This document shows positions 56,001 to 64,000 of a stretch of DNA of 64,000 nt, piece after piece. Source of the stretch: Zygnema circumcarinatum SAG 698-1b (taxonomy: Eukaryota > Plantae > Zygnematophyceae); assembly GCA_037447605.1 (NCBI GenBank), contig CM074807.1:4045004-4109003 (forward strand). The letters are read 5' to 3'. The notes below the pieces were generated by a model. It was not told the origin of the DNA, ran no database searches, and saw only the letters and a program-made list of their open reading frames with translations. The first letter of the stretch is position 1, and every line of letters starts with the position of its first letter. A program made the position numbers and the translations under genes.

Positions 56001-57235
56001 AAGCAATAATTGGAGGTAGCGCAAGCTGTGGAGATGGAATAGTTAGGTCCCATAAGGCCAAGCTCAATCGCTAGGAGAGCACTTCCCATGTTAGTAAGTG
56101 TGTAGGGGATAAAGAAGGGGCTCATTTTCTTGTAACCTTTGTCCTTCAGGGATAGAACAGCTTCTGAGAATGCACTGAGACCTCCCATTCCCGAACCAAC
56201 AAGGACTCCAACCCGGGTCCTGTCCACCTTCAAAGAAATACACAGCAAAGTACGTGGCGTTTACAAAGTGGAGAAAAGAAATTCACGGACATTAAAAGGA
56301 GACTAGAGAATGAAGAGCTTGCACAAAAAGAAATGACTCCTATGTATGTGCAATTCGTCAATCCTTGTCATGAATTGTCAGATAGCCGCAATGCGACATG
56401 ATTAGCCGCGCTAAAGTAAACTCACTCACGCATATCATAAGTCTCATCGTAGCTGACAATGCACAGAATGCTGCCTAAAGGCGCCAAGCTTTCCACATGC
56501 AGTATTTTCATCAGTGTCGTTTCCTTTCATTTGCAATACCTTAGTCCATGCATCTCCTGTTAAATGTGCATGTTGCACAGCCTTCTTCCCGGCAACAATT
56601 GTGTATCGAAGGTAATTATCAAGCCGTCTGTCGTTCTTGGGATCCACAAGGCCTTCTGAAGAGAAGTTCTTAATCTGAGCAGCAAATCTTGTCGGAAAGT
56701 TTGACGCGTCAAACCGGTCAATTAGTTCTACCCCGCTGTTGCCTTCCAACAGGTTATCATAGAAAACATCTACATCGTTTCCAAAGACAGAGACACAGCC
56801 CATTCCTGTGATAACGATTCGTTTCTTGGGGTCGGTTTCTCGCGCAGGAGCAGAAGCCAACGAAGCCTGCGCTTGCACGCTGAAAGTTTTCTTTGCTCCT
56901 GCGTTTATTAAGACACTATGTCAGCAATTTCGTCACAAAGGAAAAAAAAGTTTACTTGAAGAATCACCGAAAACCTGACGCTTCATTCAATTGCTTAAAA
57001 AGAAAACTTGCAGTTCGCAATGGTTACGTGACAACCAGCAAGCACAGCAGTCCTGTCAAGCACTCTTAGAATCATTAACTTAAGTTCCTGACGGGCAACG
57101 ACCTGCAGGAGCAAGTTTTTGGAACGATGATGATCTCAGACGAGCCATTTCAGCTTCTTTGTCCCCTGCTTTCCAGCCATGTGCTCCCAGAAATGTCGCT
57201 CCTGACGTATTCGCAACAGCAGCTGTGGCAGCCAT
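53092..57235 (-). CDS. KAS1: Plastid beta-ketoacyl-ACP synthase I, copy 2 (9 exons)
   Basis: [12 protein letters not shown] transit exon, then [56 protein letters not shown] and [22 protein letters not shown] (TGA at 53092-53094). Intron positions match copy 1. Confidence 0.93.
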
Positions 57236-58236
57236 GGCAGTCATGCTTCCTTCACCAACTTAGCACCCGAACACTCTCTTCAGGACCTTCCCAAACCTTC
57301 AGATATACCTCACAAAAAATTCAGAAGCCTCCCACCTAAATGCAGATGCAAGGGGACCTACCTCCGCTGCATTTAATCAGGCCAACCTAATGCAGGAAAG
57401 AAAAAAGCAACAAGATGCTGAAGTTGCAAACGGCAAGACCAGCAAGGACGCGCGGCAGAAAGCTCGAAACTGAGTGTCTGCGAGATGCTAAGTAGAATCT
57501 CAACAGAATGAATCTTCAGTGCTCTCCGACATTGAAAATATATTACAAAGCTGCACTATATGTATACGTATGTATAGTATGCAGCAGCTGCAAGCGCCCC
57601 CGCTCAGCAAGGAAAGCTCCCTCCCTGCTTAGTTAGGGGGTTCTAAGGGAGCTCTGGGAGAGAAACTTGGGCAGGAGCAGGGATCTGCCACGTGGCAGGC
57701 ACTCGTCGACAGAGCGCTCTGATTGGCTGGAAACCGATCCACCCTGGCGGCCGTCCGCACCCGGCACGTGGCAGCTCCTCCGTACACCCCGTCATTTCTA
57801 ACTGTGACATAGCTGCTTCCATGCGACAAACCCGTAAAACGTCTTAATTTCTAGTTCACAGTTAAAACCCCGTATTACTGGTTCTTACGGCGTGTGGGAC
57901 TGAAAACTGGTTCTATGCCACTCTCCGCAGCAGGGAACTCTCTGGCTCCCTTCCTTGCCAGATGGCGCGCGAGAGCTTCTCCACAACAGCTATGGCGGAA
58001 GCTCTGCCACCTCCGCTGCAGCGTGGCGCGCGGCCGAGGGGACTGCGTAGCCCTGCATGGCGCCTGCGAGCTCTCGGGGCCTCCATAAATACCTCGGTCA
58101 AGCGCTTACTTGGACAGAGTTGGTGTATATCATACATTCTGCCTCCTTTAAGAAAAGGATCTCGTTCTCTCCATAGAGATCAATCTCTTACGTTTCTTCT
58201 AGTAGCGAGTTTTTTTTATTTTTTATTTAAAACAAT
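57236..58236. promoter_or_regulatory. Divergent KAS I copy 2 / ELIP promoter with palindromic G-boxes
   Basis: Perfect 14-bp palindrome CTGCCACGTGGCAG at 57685-57698, reverse CCAAT (ATTGG) at about 57722, and GGCACGTGGCAG at 57763-57774. Confidence 0.5.
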
Positions 58237-59542
58237 ATGGCAACCATTTCTATGCTTTCGGTGTCTGCAGCACCCGCTGCGGGTGCAACTTTCTCTCCCC
58301 TGCGCGTGAATCGCCGCCCTGCCGCTGGAGGACGACTTGCCGGGGGTTTCCGCAATGGGAAGACAGTGACCTGCCAAGCTGGCAAGGACGACCGCCTTGG
58401 AGCTGTAAGTGTCTTGTCGCAAGTTTTTCCAGAGGACATGTTCGGCGCTAGTTTCGAGAATTCATGACGCTGGCCTTACTGCTTAAGCCTTACTAACTTT
58501 TTGGAGCTCAATTTGGACCAAATCTGCACTTCGGTGCTTCTATTCTGTTGGGAATTGCGAGCAATTGTGCAGCCGTTAACAGCATTGACTGATGCTCTTG
58601 CTCCCTTGTTCTATTTGCAGCTGAAAGACGCAGTTGATCAGACTAAGGTGCCTATCACCCCTGAGAAGGTTCAGCAAAATCAGGAGAACAACTGGAGTGA
58701 GAAGCAGTCCGTTTTTGGAACCATCCCAGCTCGCGGAACCACTATTCCTCGTGCTGAAGCTGACCGGCGTCCAGAACTTGGAAACACCACCTTCGGCAGC
58801 ATTATGTCCTTTGACGGACCTGGACCAGAGACCATCAACGGCCGACTTGTAAGCTCGGTCCCTGTACTTCAGTGTTTCTCCTTAGCTGCTTTCGTCTGCT
58901 TCTGCTTCTGCTATAGCATACAGTCTTTGGGTGTTCGATTACATTGTTTCCTTCTATCTCTAATATGGACTTAAGATCTGATCGCCACTAACCCGGCATT
59001 ACTACAATCTATTGATCTTCTGTTTGTACTCGTGTCTGCAGGCTATGGTGGGTTGTGCTTGGGGCTTCATCTCTGAGATCCTTACGGGCGAGCGAATTGT
59101 TGACCAGGTCAACTATGCGGGCAGCCCTGGCCTTTTCTGGCTGCTCGCCACTGCGCAGGTCCTCATCTTTGCATCTTTGGTGCCACTTTTCAATGGCGAG
59201 TCTCCCGACAGCCGCAGGTATGCAATTGCTGACTTATTCGCCTTGTGGTTTGCAATGATATTGCTGGCACGCAAAAAGTCTGGAAAAAATGAAAGAGCAC
59301 CTGGAGAGAGAAAATGGGAGAAGAGACGCTCAAGCTAGTTTGCATATGCATGTTGCCACTGGATTCAAAGTTGACAAACAATTGGAATCATCTGATGGAA
59401 GAGATCTATTGTATTTTGCTGCTTCAGGAATGGTCCCTTCACTGCCCAGGCAGAGCGATGGAACGGCCGCTTGGCTATGGTGGGATTTGCTGGAATTCTT
59501 ATTTGGGAGTACATCTTCGGACGCGCTCTTTTCCACTTTTAA
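58237..59542 (+). CDS. ELIP: Early light-induced protein (three-helix LHC-like, with N-terminal extension)
   Basis: Four exons. Transit peptide, then FDGPGPETINGRLAMVG, LIFASLVPLFNGES and FTAQAERWNGRLAMVGFAG (two LHC motifs). TAA at 59540-59542. Confidence 0.9.
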
Positions 59543-60573
59543 GTGAAGATGAATGTGAAGTGAAACTGCACTCGGGATTTTCAAACCGGTTGGAAATTTT
59601 GGAAAATCACGTAGTTGTATAGTACTCTGTACAGTAAGCCTGCTCTTCGATGTCCTGTTTCTTTCAAGTTCCTGCTGCAAAGTGCTGTTCCAGCTTGAAT
59701 AGAATTTATTCGGGGGGAACGGCTTGTGCAAATGATGAAAAACTTTGTGCAGGTTACTTTGGCAATAAAGAGAATTGTGTTGGGTGTACTTTTTTGCAAT
59801 GGGAAATTGTCGGTGAAATTTTGGTTACTGTTTTAAACTGTGCGAAACAGCCGAAAATCTGTTTCAAGCTTGGCTGAGTACAGGAGCCGTCTTCTTGAGA
59901 TATGAATGTGTTTTATGATTGACAATAAAATAATTTCACTCTCTACACACATTATGCATCGGGGCACCTTTCCGATGCCATGTTTCAAGTTTGAAACACA
60001 TTGCCAATGGTTGGCTACACCTGCCAAGCAATTTCCAGGCAATCGTTGGCGAGCAATGGTTGAAACCACTAACCACTGCAATGATTGATACAAAGGTTTG
60101 ACGAAAAAGGTTTGACAGTTCAGAAAATTTACAACACTGTTGCCGGCACTTGCACTATAAATACGGTACTTGCAGCAATGAAGGCTACTGGATATTCTCT
60201 AAATTAGATACTGTATTTCTATGTTAATAAGCCTATCCTCTCCCCTTTCAGGTTGAGCTATGTGTCTTTGACAAGGTAATAGCATTGATAACTTTGAGTT
60301 GAACTCTCCATAAGGAGTTGAGTCTTTCCATATTTTTTGTTGATGTTGATGTAGATAATGATGTTCACATCATCAACATTGTCGTTACGAGCCACAACAC
60401 CAGATTTAGAAGGTGAAGAAAGAAATGGAAGGTGCCGAAGATTCTTCATGACACAATTTTGCAATATTTCCATATTCAAGGGGAACATATACACTTGTGG
60501 AACAGACGAATCTATTCATATACGCAAGACAAGCTCAATTCCTGCATTGCTTGGACCCGCCAAGCAGAGCACC

Positions 60574-62693
60574 TTATACCCTATTGGCTGCTAAGATCTC
60601 CTGATAAACGAAGTCGATGAAGCGGTCATCCTGGATTTGAGCGAGAGGGAAAGAGAGACAGAGAAAGAAGTCAGAGAAAGAGAGAGACTGAGGACAAAGT
60701 CAACAGCCTTCTGGGCTTTTGTGGAATATCAAAGTGGAGAGAATAAGGAAGAATTTATGAAGGCGCCAATAAACTGACCTGCGCAAGCCGAGACAAAGCG
60801 CTTCGGACGCCTTCTTTGGTCAGAACTACTGTCGCAGACAACGGAACGGACGGAACTGCAAGAGATGGAGATGGTGCTGGTGGTGGAAACGGCTGCAGCA
60901 ACGGAGCTCCATGTGGCTGCAGGGGGAGGCTGGTGGCAGCAGAAGATGAAGGCAGAATTGGGGGGAGAGAAGCAGGCTGGACGGAAGCCTGAACCGGGAG
61001 AGGGGGAGGGACAAAGAAAGAGGGTTTGATAAGGCTTGGATTGCTAATGCTGGGCAGAGAAGAAGAACTAGAAATAGAAGAGAGGGAAGTGATAGTCTGC
61101 AAAGAAACTGCAGAAGATGGAAGGGTGGTGTGAACGGGGGGAGGGAGGGTAGGGGGAAGTGCAGGCGGTAGTTGGGAAGGAGCATGTTGGGGGAGAGGAG
61201 GAGGTGATGATTCTGACGATTGAGTCATCTGTAGAGCCGCCTGCTCCCCTCCAAAGACCCCATTTCAACTTCAGGCTTATTGTACAAAATGCAAAATCTT
61301 ATCTGAAGGCGAAAATCTCTTCTTGTGCTCGTACTAAGCAGCTTTCTGACTCCTTTGGGGTAGAGTTAACGTTCTCAATGGACAAACGGCGGCCTGAAGC
61401 CCCTAAAGCTTTATATGTTCATCAGAAGCTTCCGTTTCATCGATTGTGCTTATCCTTACCGCAAAAAAATGTTCAAATGGGTTCTCTGGTGGCTGAAGCT
61501 CCTCAGCGGGAGCTGTGGGAGGCATGAGAGGCTCCAAAGGACCCTCCACTGTGGCTGCTGTTGGCACCGCCTCCAACTCCTCAAACTCCCTACTGCAATT
61601 GATCACATTTTCAGTTCAGTTAAACATTTCTAAAAATATAAATCCTTGAACATAGAACTGTCTCTAGGGTTCACTGATGAAATAGAACGGAAGGACGGCG
61701 TGGCATTACCTCGGAGGAGTGAGGACTTTGGCTTTTGGTGGAGCCTTAGAGAAAGCATTCAATATTCTGCAAGCACTCAACTTTGGAGTGAGTAAACAAA
61801 ATAGATTGTAACACCACCACGTTTTGACTCCTTATCCATCTTCTACTTTGCTATCTGAGTCGCTCAAAATAAACACTTGATCAAAACACAAATGGACAGT
61901 AAGAAAATTGTTTCTCATTAGCTAAAATATTTGCAGCTTGTAACTGCTTATGTTCAAATCACACATAGCAGCCAGGCACTGTATCGTCTTACCTGGCAAA
62001 CAGTTTGGCGATCTCTTCACACTCCTGCTGATTGTAGAACCATATTCCATTGACTTCTTGCGACGCATTCCGGTACAAAAGGTAGGGCACCTGAACCTCA
62101 TACTCAAACTCGCCCAGAAGGTCCTCCACCAAATTCTCTGCAGGCATATACATGCTTAGCATCACTTCTGCTTCTAGGCAGCTTTTATAAGTCACAAATT
62201 GGTGTCGGATTCTCACCCACGCATTGTCTCTTCACTGTCCTGAACCATAACCAACCCTAATTCCTGATCACGCACATCTAGATTTTTTCACCACGGCAAA
62301 CTACAATCTAAACCTAACTGAACGTTTGTCTAAGTGTCCTCACCTGTACTTCGTCTGTTCATCACAATGAACTGGAAGCGAGGCTGCTCCCGCCTGCACA
62401 TCCCCCCGACGTCCTGCGACAAGTCAAGAAGGAATCATCCACCTGCTTACCACTGCAGCAGTCTCTGTCCTTCCCTAATTAGGAGCTCATGGAAGTGGTC
62501 CAAAAAAGTGATGTAATTTCACGGCATTAAAGGGTCAATGATGTTCACCTCGACAAGATTCACAACAAAATTGGAAGATATATTATGCATGAGGTATGCA
62601 ATACAAGAAATTTCCGTAATGGCTGTATGATTCCCGCATGCGCTTAACTCACCTCTTAACGACAAATAGGGAGCCCTCCACATCCTTGCGACT
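60574..62693 (-). CDS. DCP1: mRNA decapping cofactor DCP1, 5' exon(s) not found in window
   Basis: Exons encode SRKDVEGSLFVVKR (62653-62693), REQPRFQFIVMNRRST, ENLVEDLLGEFEYEVQVPYLLYRNASQEVNGIWFY, EFEELEAVPT, a Pro/Ser-rich linker, LTKEGVRSALSRLAQ and DDRFIDFVYQEIL* (TAA at 60574-60576). The N-terminal ~50 aa of the EVH1 domain are missing. Confidence 0.9.
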
Positions 62694-62977
62694 CTGCATT
62701 TCCAAGGAGGGAAGGATAAGAAAAGCGCCCTCTCTCCGTTCTCTTTTTCTCCCCCCCCTTCCCTCGGCTTCCTTCCTCTAGCTCTTTTAGTATGTAGTGG
62801 TCGTTAGTCAAGCAATAAGAAAAAAAAAGCTTCTAGTGCTTATCTGATTTGTTGTCACACATCCCAGGACGTGCAGACATCCACTCATTCTGAAAATTAA
62901 GCTTCCCAAAAGTATTGCTTCACCTACACCTTCCTCAGCTATACTACAAGAAGAATTCTCAAAGGCAAAATTTACCC

Positions 62978-63427
62978 CTAATTAGTTGCCCTCCTCTTAT
63001 TTTTCTTTCTCTCCATTGTAGAACACACAACAAGCAAAGCACTTAAAGTGCTTAGTGCACTCGATTTTACGATTTGGGAGACACTCATTTCTGCTAAAGA
63101 GCGCACATAAGCCTTATTCATAGGTTGAATTTGATTAGCATTGAAGCTTGTAACCATATCATTACACCATTGTGAAGCGCCTGATACGCTTGAATATAAA
63201 TAAGCAACGCTACTATTCAACGATTGTGTAATCACCCCATCTTGCTCCACTAGCTGATTATTAGCATCAGTAGCTTCGCTTTGTTGTGACACTAAATGTG
63301 AACGTAGTTTAAGAATTCTACTAATTTTGGGTAGTGCATCATTATAAAGTAACACATAAAAACTCATGAAACACACGCATAACCATACAAATTGCGTCAG
63401 GTATGTAAATTGATCCAGTTGAGGCAT
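62978..63427 (-). CDS. atp8: Mitochondrial-type ATP synthase subunit 8 ORF (atp8/orfB), intronless, no transit peptide; NUMT or mis-joined mtDNA
   Basis: MPQLDQFTYLTQFVWLCVCFMSFYVLLYNDALPKISRILKLR is the streptophyte atp8 signature. Codons are AT-rich. The basic tail (ERKKNKRRATN) looks non-native. Confidence 0.9.
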   Translation of the reverse strand: MPQLDQFTYLTQFVWLCVCFMSFYVLLYNDALPKISRILKLRSHLVSQQSEATDANNQLVEQDGVITQSLNSSVAYLYSSVSGASQWCNDMVTSFNANQIQPMNKAYVRSLAEMSVSQIVKSSALSTLSALLVVCSTMERKKNKRRATN

Positions 63428-63989
63428 GTTTGGTGTACTTCTTTGTATCAGTTCAAATCAAGCAGGTTGGTGCCGGTTTAGCGCAACGTGAGCGCTTGAA
63501 CTGTTTGTTCTTGGAGTGAGCTTTTTATGAGACTTGGTTTGTGTTTGTTGCAGTCAACAAGATTCTACTACTTTGTGCTCTGATTGGTTGCTTGCTACAC
63601 AAATAAACCGACTGCTTAGTTACAAAGCTCGAACAGAAATGGTTTATGACTCCTTAGGTGCAGAGCACTGTAGGCAGCTAGAGCGAGTATACTGTTGCGA
63701 GTTTATCAAGCTCGCGCTTAGTTGAACAAAATGCGAGCTAACACATACGTATTGGATTTTTCTATTTTGGGTTGAGCGTAACAAACTCCATCAAACGTGC
63801 CTGTAGTGTAGCGTCACTAGGTTGATGCTCCTCAGATAGATGGGTATGGTAGCTAGGGAAGCCTTTGTTTCTACAAAACCAAAAAGCTAAAAAATGTATC
63901 CTATTGTTTTTTATAAGCTACACGTTTATGCTTACAGCGCTCACTTCCAGCAGCGGTTTGTGACTCATCTAAGACTCTAAGCGACAGAC
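62978..63989. other. Putative mitochondrial-derived segment (NUMT) running up to a scaffold gap
   Basis: Contains atp8 plus about 560 bp of upstream AT-rich sequence lacking CT/GA tracts, with short hairpins such as AAGCACTT-A-AAGTGCTT at 63037-63053. It ends at the N run at 63990. Boundaries are approximate. Confidence 0.55.
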
Positions 63990-64000
63990 NNNNNNNNNNG

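Overview
This is a gene-dense eukaryotic nuclear window with GT-AG introns full of CT/GA microsatellites. The gene set is plant-like; I infer a non-seed streptophyte, most likely a zygnematophyte-type alga. Spliced by hand, it holds a UspA-domain RLCK pseudokinase, RPA49, a 155-aa four-exon gene the ORF track misses, a VQ protein, OSB, PRDA1, two oppositely oriented KAS I paralogs, a Raf-like kinase, CLPTM1, ELIP and a 5'-incomplete DCP1. Five things stand out. (1) A fungal-type GT2 glycan synthase (Tft1/AGlcS-like) has lesions clustered around a ~3 kb (CT)n intron. (2) An internal FEN1 fragment joins a PARP-like catalytic exon through phase-compatible splice sites; the chimera is now disabled. 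(3) A 71-bp minisatellite repeats a complete 3' splice site about 24 times in a PRDA1 intron. (4) An intact mitochondrial atp8 lies where the DCP1 5' exon or intron should be. (5) An inverted ABRE pair with a 14-nt spacer recurs upstream of two plastid/organelle genes. I found no TE ORFs, CRISPR arrays or RNA genes. Family calls are from motif recall, not database searches, and exon coordinates are hand-derived.
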